Below, in pieces: positions 45,356-53,906 of a DNA stretch of 64,000 nt. This stretch comes from a virus: IMG/VR virus record IMGVR_UViG_3300006162_000011; one strand, written 5' to 3'. A model generated the notes under the pieces. The model was not told where the DNA came from, ran no database searches, and worked only from the letters and a program-made list of their open reading frames with translations. The position numbers were made by a program, and so were the translations under genes. Numbering within the stretch: position 1 is the stretch's first letter; the number at the start of each line of letters is the position of its first letter.

Positions 45356-46330
45356 ATGGGCGCTAACTCTACCGTCACTCCCGTCCCGAACGTCATTCTC
45401 AAGAAGTCCGATCTTGAGGACGAGTCACTGTCGTTGCTGAACCAGATTCTATCCAGCTATCAGCAGCAACTGGATGTACTTCGCGGCGTCAACGGGCCAA
45501 TTTCTTTATCGAATCATTTGGATTTGGCCGGGCACAAAATCATCAACGTCGGTGCCGCCGAGTCCCCCAACGATGTCGTCACGCAGGCGTTCGCGTCGTC
45601 CAATTACGGTCCGCAGGCACTGGCGGCAGCATTCAATGCTTTAGGAAAACAGACACTGCAAACGTACCGGCAGTTGTCGAATCCAGACCAGCGGGAACGC
45701 ACATCATCGTTCTTGAACGATATCGCGAACACAAGTCCCACGTCGAATACGTCTACAATCTCGTATGGTTCCGTCAGCGGCGGCACCATTCCCGTTACCG
45801 TCAGCGCCGGGTTCTTTCAGCGTGTAGACGGCACGGCGACACCATACGCGTCTCGCACAGACACGCTGGCGTTACCAACGTCGATTGCAATTTCCAGCCT
45901 GACGCGTTCCGGCAATATCGTGACCGCCGTAACCACAACGCCGGACGGGTTGTCCGTAAACGAGGGTTTCAGTGTGTCCGGTGCACCCGATCCATCGTTC
46001 GACGGCGCGTTCTCGGTATTGACGGTATCGTCCCCAGACACGTTCACGTATTTCCAAGGCGGCCCGAATGCGGGGCCGACGGCACCCGGAGGCAGCATTA
46101 GCGTAGGCGGGGTCTATTACTACACGATATCGGCGGGACAGAGTTTTCTGGGACTGGTGTCCGGTGTCGGTGCCGACACATGGTCGGAGAGAGTCGGCGG
46201 TAGTCACGATGGAACGACGATTATTGCCGTCGTGGTGCTGAATAGCGGTGGCATCGACGTTCTGAATTCAGCAGCAGGCGCGACTTCACCTCAGAACGGG
46301 GTGGCAACCGCTGTAATCCGGAGATTGTAG
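45356..46330 (+). CDS. tail fibre/spike-type protein
   Basis: 'LDLAGHKIINVGAAESPNDVVTQAFA' is a common fibre N-terminal pattern. Shares the 45896-46057 module with the 39786 protein. Confidence 0.65.
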   Translation: MGANSTVTPVPNVILKKSDLEDESLSLLNQILSSYQQQLDVLRGVNGPISLSNHLDLAGHKIINVGAAESPNDVVTQAFASSNYGPQALAAAFNALGKQTLQTYRQLSNPDQRERTSSFLNDIANTSPTSNTSTISYGSVSGGTIPVTVSAGFFQRVDGTATPYASRTDTLALPTSIAISSLTRSGNIVTAVTTTPDGLSVNEGFSVSGAPDPSFDGAFSVLTVSSPDTFTYFQGGPNAGPTAPGGSISVGGVYYYTISAGQSFLGLVSGVGADTWSERVGGSHDGTTIIAVVVLNSGGIDVLNSAAGATSPQNGVATAVIRRL

Positions 46331-46332
46331 AC

Positions 46333-46620
46333 ATGCCGAAATACCAGCTTCACGTGATCTCGACAGGACTGAACCCGATTACCGGGCACCACAGCGTCAA
46401 CTGTCGCGTAGTCGAAACCCGCGACGACGGAACTGAGCTTGAGGGCGTACCAGAGACCCACGGCATCGAGGCCACGGCACTGGAGTCCAGTTTCGGTGGC
46501 GACATCCAGAAATGGCTGGACAGTGTGAGCGCAAAAATGCTGGCTCGGCACAAACGCCGGATGCTGGCGAAAGATGAAATCATCGGCTGGCATGGACTAC
46601 GGTTCGACATTCCAGAATAG
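46333..46620 (+). CDS. hypothetical protein
   Basis: 95-aa ORF tightly following the previous gene. Confidence 0.55.
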   Translation: MPKYQLHVISTGLNPITGHHSVNCRVVETRDDGTELEGVPETHGIEATALESSFGGDIQKWLDSVSAKMLARHKRRMLAKDEIIGWHGLRFDIPE

Positions 46621-46621
46621 C

Positions 46622-46665
46622 CGTATACATTTCTCTTGACATCGGCGCGTCTCGCGTATACATTT
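46622..46665 (+). promoter_or_regulatory. sigma70-like promoter flanked by two CGTATACATTT repeats
   Basis: CGTATACATTT at 46622-46632 and 46655-46665. TTGACA at 46636-46641, then 17 nt, then TACATT at 46659-46664. ATG 46673 follows after 8 nt with no Shine-Dalgarno. Confidence 0.5.
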
Positions 46666-46672
46666 GCAGTCG

Positions 46673-46885
46673 ATGACTACCGTGAAATCAAAATCCAAAC
46701 CAAAGCCCAACAAGCTGAACTCCGTGATCTCGATGCGGGTGTCCGACAAGACGCGGAAGGCGATTCTCAAGCGCGGCAAGGAACTCGGATACCGGAAACC
46801 GTCTGAGATTCTCGATCAAGCACTCGATCACTGGATGCAGTGCGATCGAGTTGGCAAGAAGACCGCTACTGGAGGTGCCAATTGA
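46673..46885 (+). CDS. ribbon-helix-helix (CopG/Arc-like) DNA-binding protein
   Basis: 'SVISMRVSDKTRKAILKRGKELGYRKPSEILDQALDHW' fits a beta-strand plus two-helix RHH pattern. First gene after the promoter. Confidence 0.6.
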   Translation: MTTVKSKSKPKPNKLNSVISMRVSDKTRKAILKRGKELGYRKPSEILDQALDHWMQCDRVGKKTATGGAN

Positions 46886-47256
46886 GCGACGACACCAATA
46901 CTACGATTGACGAGATCATCCCCGAGCCCAGCGCGCCTGCACCGAAAGACTCGATTACCGAAACTATCACTGTCCAGTTCTCTGCCGACATCCCACGGTC
47001 TCGGCACGCCAAAATCCTGCGTCAAGTCACCAACATACTGCACGCGTTACTGGCGAATTCAATGCGGTACGCGGCCATCGGCGACGGCAATAACGCCGGC
47101 GCGGGGTTCCAGATTCACCAGCAGACGTACACGGCGGCGGCAAATCTGGACGCGGCGGCGACGGCCTTGGAGCAGTCCATGAAACAGGTGTTGACGGGCG
47201 GGATGCCGCCAGCGCCGGGGCAGGGCGGACACGGCGGCCTGATAGGGCGAGCGTAG
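46882..47256 (+). CDS. hypothetical protein
   Basis: TTG 46882 lies 6 nt after GGAGG and overlaps the RHH stop (TTGA). 124 aa. Confidence 0.5.
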   Translation: MSDDTNTTIDEIIPEPSAPAPKDSITETITVQFSADIPRSRHAKILRQVTNILHALLANSMRYAAIGDGNNAGAGFQIHQQTYTAAANLDAAATALEQSMKQVLTGGMPPAPGQGGHGGLIGRA

Positions 47257-47265
47257 GAGAGACCA

Positions 47266-47520
47266 ATGTCTGACGCTAGTGTTCTCGACTCCATTATCGT
47301 GATTTGCGCGGAACAGGGCAATAAGCCAGCGACCGCCGATTCCAACATCGTAGACGATCTTGGGCTGGATTCGCTTGACCTGTCGTCGGTCGCGATGTCG
47401 ATCGAAATCCAGTATCCAGCCGTGGGCGATATCGACTACGATCCCGCCACCATGCAGACGTGTCGCGATCTGGCCAACGTCGTCGAGGCCCGACTGAAAG
47501 CCAAGTCTGTCAATGCTTGA
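47266..47520 (+). CDS. acyl carrier protein-like (phosphopantetheine-binding)
   Basis: 'IVDDLGLDSLDLSSVAMSIE' matches the ACP DSL attachment-site helix II pattern. 84 aa, acidic. AGGAGA Shine-Dalgarno. Confidence 0.75.
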   Translation: MSDASVLDSIIVICAEQGNKPATADSNIVDDLGLDSLDLSSVAMSIEIQYPAVGDIDYDPATMQTCRDLANVVEARLKAKSVNA

Positions 47521-48250
47521 CGCTAATTCCCATATTGACGTGTTCTCGACGTTCGCGCCCGACTACCGTTTCGGGAACTGCTTCGTGCGCGTATACGACC
47601 ATACCGACACCGCTACTTTCGGGCAGCATTTCATTTACGACGAATTGTACCAAGCGTGTCTGGCGTCGGCCCCGTCGCGGCCTTACGGTACGCTGTCTGA
47701 GTTATGCTGTGGCATGGCCGACCTCTCGGCGGACGCGGTGTGTTCCTATCTGCATTCGCGGTCGCCGTTACTCCTGTTCTGTGTTGACAAAGATAGCCCC
47801 AATGACCTTCCCCATAACCCCACCGCCCAAGAAGGCGAATCCGAGTCCGACGACTCAGGATCGTTCGACGTAATCGGGTTCGCCTTCCCCTCCATTGTGG
47901 CGGGTCCACCTGTCGGTAAGTTCGATCCAGATCCCGGTCGGACGGCTTTGATCGGGTACACGATATTCAAGCCAGCTTACCGCACACCGGAAGCGGTCGT
48001 GTGCACCATGCTCATGGGCGTATACTTTTTTCACAAATTCAACCTGCTCACCTTGCAAGGCCAGTCGTATCCGTGGAACCGGCTCACGCGGAAGTTTCTA
48101 GCGCAATTCGGCACGCGCACGCTAGCTGAACCCATCCCGGCGTTCCTGTTTGACGGCACCAAAATGGTGGACAGTTACCATAGTGTGCTGGAGCGGTCGG
48201 TGTTTGCCCGGTACGTTGAGAAAGTGCTCACGGACTGCGTCAGCCTGTAA
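47513..48250 (+). CDS. hypothetical protein, GNAT/acyltransferase-like C-terminal half (tentative)
   Basis: The start overlaps the ACP gene by 8 nt. 'ALIGYTIFKPAYRTPEAVVCTMLMGVYFFHKFNLLTLQGQSYPWNRLTRKFLAQFGTRTL' resembles the GNAT-fold core. No canonical RxxGxG motif seen. Confidence 0.55.
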   Translation: MLDANSHIDVFSTFAPDYRFGNCFVRVYDHTDTATFGQHFIYDELYQACLASAPSRPYGTLSELCCGMADLSADAVCSYLHSRSPLLLFCVDKDSPNDLPHNPTAQEGESESDDSGSFDVIGFAFPSIVAGPPVGKFDPDPGRTALIGYTIFKPAYRTPEAVVCTMLMGVYFFHKFNLLTLQGQSYPWNRLTRKFLAQFGTRTLAEPIPAFLFDGTKMVDSYHSVLERSVFARYVEKVLTDCVSL

Positions 48251-48319
48251 CGAGACTGGACTGGGTAACCGTTTTACCACATTGACAGATTAGGCTACAA
48301 TAGCTGCGAGGAAACTCTC

Positions 48320-48916
48320 GTGGGCATCATGAACAAGGGCAGCAGTACCACTGCCCCGTCGCCACAGGTCACGTCCGGCATGACCGCCGACCAGAACGCG
48401 TTGGCGGCTCTCGTCAATCAACAGACACAGCAATCCGATCAACTGTTCTCGCTGACGGAGCCCGGTCTCGTCACCGCCGAGAACTACTACCAGACACTGG
48501 CCTCGGGTGACCCCGGTGCCATCATGCGCGCGATAGCGCCGCAGGCCCAGCAAACGTCACAGGCTGCGGCGGGGGCCAAGAAGAACATTATGGACAACGC
48601 ACCCGCCGGTGGCGAGAAAAATCTCGCTCTCGAACAAGTTGACGTAAACCGCGGGGCGCAGATTGCAGGGTCTGCAAGTGGTGCTGTCCAGGCCGCTCCG
48701 GCATCGTTAGGTAAAATCGCCGGTCAAGGTATTGGGGAATCCCAAACAGCAACCGGGTTAGCGTCTGGCGCTCTCGGGCAGTCCCTGAGCGGATGGTCGT
48801 CTCTGGGCGGTATGCAGCTCCAAGAGCAGCAAATCCAAGCGCAGGAAAAGGGACAGCAACTCGGCGCGGCCAGCTCGGCAGCCAGTGACGCGGCCATGAT
48901 GCTGATGTTCGCGTAA
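48320..48916 (+). CDS. internal virion/ejection-like protein (small)
   Basis: 198-aa Q/A/G-rich protein with a hydrophobic C-terminus. First of three consecutive such genes. Confidence 0.6.
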   Translation: MGIMNKGSSTTAPSPQVTSGMTADQNALAALVNQQTQQSDQLFSLTEPGLVTAENYYQTLASGDPGAIMRAIAPQAQQTSQAAAGAKKNIMDNAPAGGEKNLALEQVDVNRGAQIAGSASGAVQAAPASLGKIAGQGIGESQTATGLASGALGQSLSGWSSLGGMQLQEQQIQAQEKGQQLGAASSAASDAAMMLMFA

Positions 48917-48937
48917 GACGTAAAGAAGGATCACATA

Positions 48938-50713
48938 ATGCCTACCAACCAACAACCACAGCCGTGGAGCGAGCAAGCCCCAGTAGGGGCACCCGTATTC
49001 GATCCCACGAAGCCCTACGAGGCTCCGGAATCGTCATCGGTACCGCCGCCGATTACATCGCCTCCGGCTAACCCGCTCGCCAACGCCCCCGACAAACCTG
49101 CACCCTCAATGTGGGGCAATAACGGCGCTGCCAAGGCCGCTAGCGCCGCCTATATTGGCGATTCCGTCCTCAAGGGCATCATGAAAGGGCGACAGGCCAA
49201 GCAAGAGCAGGACACGTACAAACTCAACCGACTCATGCAGGGGTTGCAGTATGCCGCCCAGACCTCCGGGGACGCTTACGTCAGCCTGATCAAGAACGGT
49301 GCCGATCCAAAGTCCCCGGAAGCGCAGGCGGCGTTGGCTGGTGCAGATGCGGCGCGACAGCAGATGCTGACGATGTACAGCAATTACGTCGAAGGACAAG
49401 ATAAGGGTAAAAAGGGCAAGAAAAGTGGGAATGCTAAAGGGGGTGATCAAGCGGGAGCAAATGGCGGTCAACCCAGTCAGCAGGAAATAGCGGTCATGCT
49501 TACGTCTCCCGACCCGAAAGAAAAAGTAAAAGGAATATTCCTGATGACGAGCCATGCGACCCCGTGGTACCGGATTGCCGGACGGTATTACGCGTCACCG
49601 GAATACAAGCGGGCGAAACAGAACGCGGCGGGCGAGCAGCAGTTAGCTGGAATCACGACAGCGTCCAAACTAGACGTAGCCACTCTGGAAAAAGCCGAGC
49701 GGGAAGGCACAATCAACGCCGACGACAAGAAGAAACTCGACGCCTATCGTAATCAGGCAACCGCCGGAGAAGAGGGAAAAGAGAGTGCTCAGGTTCGCGG
49801 GATGCGGTCAGGACTCAAGGCTGCCGGGCTCGACGACGATACGATCAAAAAGGTCATCACCAGTCACTACGGTGGTGCGGGAATGCGCGGCACGTCCGTG
49901 CAGCAGAAATACGCTGACGCCGTCCAAGACGCAGTTGACAACGGTCGAGATCCGGCCACGGACCCGGCTGCACAACAACTTGCCAAAGCCATTGCCGCCG
50001 AGCATCCGCCGGCAGAGCGAGCGGCTACACTGAAACTCCCCGACGGCAAGCAGGCAGCGGGCAAAGTGTCCCATGAAGGTGATTTACTGCTGGCAGATGG
50101 CAGCAAGGCACCGGCGGGAACGATGCTGTACCAGCAGCCGAACTACGCGTCCGTAATCGGTCAGGTACAGGAAACCAAGACGCAAACAGTCATCGATGAT
50201 CGCGGCATTCCCACGATTATGCGCTGGAACCCGATCACGAGGAATTACGATATACCCGTGGGCTCAAGCGCGTCAGGCGCGTACGGTCACGAGGAAGTGC
50301 AAGCCGGAGCCGTGTCCCGCGCCGGCGGCGATTTGATTAAAGACATACAGGCCAACCGTGAGCAACTGGGGACATTGGCGGCTTGGGTCAAGAAGCACGG
50401 CATCAACACACCAATCGGCGACCCTAAGCTGGCTGGATTACAGTCGGAACTAAAGACGTTTGCGGCCCTACAGCCCGCCATGCACGGATTCCGGTCAAGG
50501 AGCGCTCAAGAAGCGTTCGAGAACATTATTGGGGACTTGCAGAAGAACCCGGATGCCACGATTGCATCGATTCAGGGCATCATGAAGACCGCCGGAGCGA
50601 TCAATCCGAACCTGGGGAAAGGGGGCGCGGGCGATACAGGGGGCGACAGCGCTAAGCGTAAACGGAATCCGTCCAAGCCCGCCGACCCCAACGATCCTCT
50701 CGGTATACGGTAG
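48938..50713 (+). CDS. internal virion/ejection-like protein
   Basis: 591-aa protein, largely helical and low-complexity (A/K/Q/G-rich). Confidence 0.7.
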   Translation: MPTNQQPQPWSEQAPVGAPVFDPTKPYEAPESSSVPPPITSPPANPLANAPDKPAPSMWGNNGAAKAASAAYIGDSVLKGIMKGRQAKQEQDTYKLNRLMQGLQYAAQTSGDAYVSLIKNGADPKSPEAQAALAGADAARQQMLTMYSNYVEGQDKGKKGKKSGNAKGGDQAGANGGQPSQQEIAVMLTSPDPKEKVKGIFLMTSHATPWYRIAGRYYASPEYKRAKQNAAGEQQLAGITTASKLDVATLEKAEREGTINADDKKKLDAYRNQATAGEEGKESAQVRGMRSGLKAAGLDDDTIKKVITSHYGGAGMRGTSVQQKYADAVQDAVDNGRDPATDPAAQQLAKAIAAEHPPAERAATLKLPDGKQAAGKVSHEGDLLLADGSKAPAGTMLYQQPNYASVIGQVQETKTQTVIDDRGIPTIMRWNPITRNYDIPVGSSASGAYGHEEVQAGAVSRAGGDLIKDIQANREQLGTLAAWVKKHGINTPIGDPKLAGLQSELKTFAALQPAMHGFRSRSAQEAFENIIGDLQKNPDATIASIQGIMKTAGAINPNLGKGGAGDTGGDSAKRKRNPSKPADPNDPLGIR

Positions 50714-50715
50714 CT

Positions 50716-52830
50716 ATGTCGTCCACGGCGCTCAATCCGTTAGTCGATAAGATTCGTAACGCCCACCCCGGCGTGTACGACGACATGGACGACGCCACGC
50801 TGACCAAGAAGGTTCTCGCCAAGTACCCGCAGTATTCCGACTTGGCAGTCCCCGATCCGAAATCTGCGCCGAAGCCTGCCGTCCCCAAAGAGCTTGCTCC
50901 TCCGTCGTTCTCGGAACGCGTCGGTGAGCGTATACGACAGACCGCTTCCATGATCCCGAACGCCATCGAGGGGCACACTGCGTCGTACCAGAGCGGTCTG
51001 ACGACACCAAAAGCCAAGGCCGAAGCCCAGAAAGAACTAGACGAGGCCACTGCGGGCAGACGGCACATGACGGGCGCGGACGCGGAACCGATTTTGGGGT
51101 CCAAGACGCTAGGGAAAGCCGTAGGCGCTGTCACTATCGGCCCTCGAATAGTAATCGATCAGGCCAAACAGTATGCCCACGACCCTGCGGCGCTGGTGGG
51201 CGACGTTGTGCTGCTGTTCCCGGAACTGGCTGAAATGCGCGCCCCCGGAAACAAGACGTTCAAGCCGGGCGAGTCCCCGGCACCTAAAGCCACAACTCCC
51301 GATCCGGCGTACACAAAAGCTCTCGACAAGGCCAACGAGGGCTTTTCGGCCGACGCCAAGGTGTATAACGACAAAATCACCAAGTCGTTCGACGAAGCCA
51401 AACGCGAGCACACCGAGAACGTGGCCAAATACGAACAGGAGGCCAAGACCCACGCCGAGAAATCCAGTGAAGCCCGTGCCAAGTGGATCAAGGAATGGAG
51501 CGATTACCGGAAAGCCGAAGTCGAGTCCCGTGACGCTGCCCAGCGCGCGCAGACATTGGCAAAGGGAGTCAAGGACACGGTCAAATCCGTATACGACAAC
51601 CTCAAGCAGACTTACGAAACCGGACGCAAGGCTCTTAACGGGCGCTGGAGTGTCTGGAACAAGGACGTAGCTGGGATATCCCGCGACCCCAAGGGGGTGT
51701 TCGATGCCATTGAGGAAGCCAAGGCCAAGCAGTTGCGCGGCGCTCCCGGTAGCCTGCCGGAGTTCAATAATCTGCTTCATGAGCTAGGCGTGCAGGAGTT
51801 CGAGACAGCGCCAGATGGCACCAAGCAGGCCGTACCGGGGCAGAGTCCGATTCCGATTGAGACTTTGCGAGCACACTACTCTGCGGTTGCGCGTCGGATC
51901 ATCAAAGGCGGCTTACCGGGCAACATGTATCACGCCCTTGAAGACGTGCGCGCCGCTCTCGATAAGCAGATCGTTGACGGCATCAAAGACCGGATGGCTA
52001 ACCAGCACCCGTTGTATACGGCATCCGGCGGCGCGCCGATCCGCGATCTGGTGTCCGAGTACGAGGCGCTCAAAGCCGACGAAGGACAATTCCTGACCGA
52101 CTGGGAAGGGAAGATCAAAGTTGGCAAACACCGTGTCAAGAGCCCGCTATCGATGGCGTTCGAGCAGCTCGACCCCAATTATCTGGAGCCGAAAATTCTG
52201 GGAGTCGGCAACGAATACATCGCCAAGCAGTTGGAAAAGTACAAGCAGTACGGTGCTGACTCGACGTTGTTGTCGAAAGCCACTCAGCTAGAGAGTGAAG
52301 CGAAAGCCGCAGCCAAGGTCAAGGTAAAGACACCGAAGGAGCCGTCGGCAGAACCACCCAAGGAAGGGGTGGCACCGGCTAAACCGGAATTGCCTCATAA
52401 GGCCGTGCCTGAATCGCCGGAGTTGAAATCCGTTGAGCGACCGGAAGCCGCAGCGCGCAAACTCGGAATGATGTCGAAGGCGGCAGCCAAAATTGTGGGT
52501 AAACTGGGTGGGGCCTTAGCAGGCAGCGTCGTAGGTCACCCGATGGTAGGATGGGCAGCGGGCGGCGAGCTAGCGCCCGAGATACTGAGCCGCATTATGG
52601 AAGCCAAAGGAAAATCGGCTGCCGGGGCAGTCACCCCCGCTGAGATGAACGCATTACCGACAGTCGAAAAGACCGGTATTCAGAACGGAATCGCACGAAG
52701 ATTGGTAGAGGCCGCCGAGAAAGGTGAGCCGCTACCGCCACTGGAGAAATTCAGGTCGGTGCTGACCGATGAGCAGATGCGGCAAGTGATGCAGGCGGCA
52801 ATGAAAGGCGGGACAGGTTCCGTACAGTGA
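50716..52830 (+). CDS. internal virion/ejection-like protein (largest)
   Basis: 704 aa. N-terminus 'LVDKIRNAHPGVYDDMDDATLTKKVLAKYPQYSDL', then long K/E/A-rich helices. C-terminal hydrophobic segment 'AAKIVGKLGGALAGSVVGHPMVGWAAGG'. Confidence 0.75.
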   Translation: MSSTALNPLVDKIRNAHPGVYDDMDDATLTKKVLAKYPQYSDLAVPDPKSAPKPAVPKELAPPSFSERVGERIRQTASMIPNAIEGHTASYQSGLTTPKAKAEAQKELDEATAGRRHMTGADAEPILGSKTLGKAVGAVTIGPRIVIDQAKQYAHDPAALVGDVVLLFPELAEMRAPGNKTFKPGESPAPKATTPDPAYTKALDKANEGFSADAKVYNDKITKSFDEAKREHTENVAKYEQEAKTHAEKSSEARAKWIKEWSDYRKAEVESRDAAQRAQTLAKGVKDTVKSVYDNLKQTYETGRKALNGRWSVWNKDVAGISRDPKGVFDAIEEAKAKQLRGAPGSLPEFNNLLHELGVQEFETAPDGTKQAVPGQSPIPIETLRAHYSAVARRIIKGGLPGNMYHALEDVRAALDKQIVDGIKDRMANQHPLYTASGGAPIRDLVSEYEALKADEGQFLTDWEGKIKVGKHRVKSPLSMAFEQLDPNYLEPKILGVGNEYIAKQLEKYKQYGADSTLLSKATQLESEAKAAAKVKVKTPKEPSAEPPKEGVAPAKPELPHKAVPESPELKSVERPEAAARKLGMMSKAAAKIVGKLGGALAGSVVGHPMVGWAAGGELAPEILSRIMEAKGKSAAGAVTPAEMNALPTVEKTGIQNGIARRLVEAAEKGEPLPPLEKFRSVLTDEQMRQVMQAAMKGGTGSVQ

Positions 52831-52952
52831 GAATGGCCGATCTAGGACGCGTATTTCGGTCAGTCGCCAGACGAGCATTCCGGGTGTGAGTCTCGCGTAG
52901 TCTGGGTTCATGCTCATCCCAGCCAAAGATAACAAAAGAGCAGCTTACTCTT

Positions 52953-53213
52953 ATGTTCCTTCAGATTGGCGACACCTACTTCAACGTTGACCACATTGCG
53001 TGCATCCGCTCAGTCAGCGGCGGTGATCAGTGTGTGATATTCACGCCCGGCCAGTCTTCGGTCGCGGATGGGTTTCTGATCGACTTGCCAATTGAAGAGG
53101 TTTTCGAGATGGTGCAGCAGGCCCGTCTATTGGAACTGGCCCAGATGATGGACGATGAGGATGAGCCTGGCGAGTCCGATCCGACTCCCCCTGATCGCGA
53201 TCAAACAAGTTAG
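52953..53213 (+). CDS. hypothetical protein
   Basis: 86-aa ORF with an acidic tail. Overlaps the convergent 53041-53691 ORF by 173 nt, so one of the two extents is doubtful. Confidence 0.4.
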   Translation: MFLQIGDTYFNVDHIACIRSVSGGDQCVIFTPGQSSVADGFLIDLPIEEVFEMVQQARLLELAQMMDDEDEPGESDPTPPDRDQTS

Positions 53214-53691
53214 CGCCGCACATGCTGGCGATTTTCGCTTTATAGCTCCGATTCAGTTGCGCGATTCTCGCCGCCGCCACGTCCCCGACACGAGCGCTGG
53301 TTATTGCTCGCACCAGTTCCTCTGCGTCCCGATATCTGAGCGCTAATCTCAACGCCTGCTCGACGCGCTGCGGGTACGGGAGTTTCGCGATCCTCATGAT
53401 CTCGATTTCCAGATTCACACTGAATTCTGGAATCTGATGATGGTCAATCCCCAGTAACCATAGCGCGACACTGATGCGATCGACGATCCGCGGCGGTATC
53501 CGCGACGGCGGGTTGCTCTTGACAATACGGTAATCGAATTGGCCGCGTACAGTGCACAGGTATCCGGCATCGACGAGGGCGCGGATACGATCAATGGGGA
53601 TTTTGAGCGCATGAGCCAAGTCTATAGGCTTGACGGTGGTTTTACGCTTGATGGTCGCCACGGGAATAGTATACGATTTTGGGCATGGCAC
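53041..53691 (-). CDS. hypothetical HTH protein (extent uncertain)
   Basis: 'KPIDLAHALKIPIDRIRALVDAGYL' is MerR/excisionase-like HTH. GTG start. The C-terminal ~55 aa look non-protein-like and overlap the + ORF. Confidence 0.45.
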   Translation of the reverse strand: MPCPKSYTIPVATIKRKTTVKPIDLAHALKIPIDRIRALVDAGYLCTVRGQFDYRIVKSNPPSRIPPRIVDRISVALWLLGIDHHQIPEFSVNLEIEIMRIAKLPYPQRVEQALRLALRYRDAEELVRAITSARVGDVAAARIAQLNRSYKAKIASMCGANLFDRDQGESDRTRQAHPHRPSSGPVPIDGPAAPSRKPLQLASRSETHPRPKTGRA

Positions 53692-53906
53692 AGGAAATCA
53701 TATCGCATCCGCCGAGCACGAATGTGGCTAGTGTGATGTACGACAAGGATAGTCAGCAGTTGACGGTTGAGTTTCTTAAAGGCGGCGTCATAGAATTCTA
53801 TGAAGTCGATGAGACTGCCGCACATGGCTTCGAGAACGCGCTATCGGCGACAAAATACTTGAACGCGTATATCGAGAACGTGTTCCCGCAACAGCGGATC
53901 ATTTAA
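53685..53906 (+). CDS. KTSC-domain protein
   Basis: 'STNVASVMYDKDSQQLTVEFLKGGVIEFYEVDETAAHGFENALSATKYLNAYI' matches the KTSC pattern. Confidence 0.6.
   Translation: MAQEIISHPPSTNVASVMYDKDSQQLTVEFLKGGVIEFYEVDETAAHGFENALSATKYLNAYIENVFPQQRII

Noticed and set aside
48282-48301. TTGACA (48282-48287) and TACAAT (48296-48301) upstream of the ejection-protein genes.
   Set aside because: The two hexamers are only 8 nt apart, so they cannot form a canonical sigma70 promoter together. TACAAT might still be a -10 element with a different -35, but this is unsupported.
51109-51780. 223-aa minus-strand ORF inside the 704-aa ejection-like gene. Many similar 60-200-aa antisense or alternative-frame ORFs exist across the window, for example 5162-5758, 12827-13393, 19172-19717, 22782-23342 and 25188-25622.
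   Set aside because: They are nested in longer ORFs with better protein-like sequence, operon context and Shine-Dalgarno sites. I judged them compositional artefacts.
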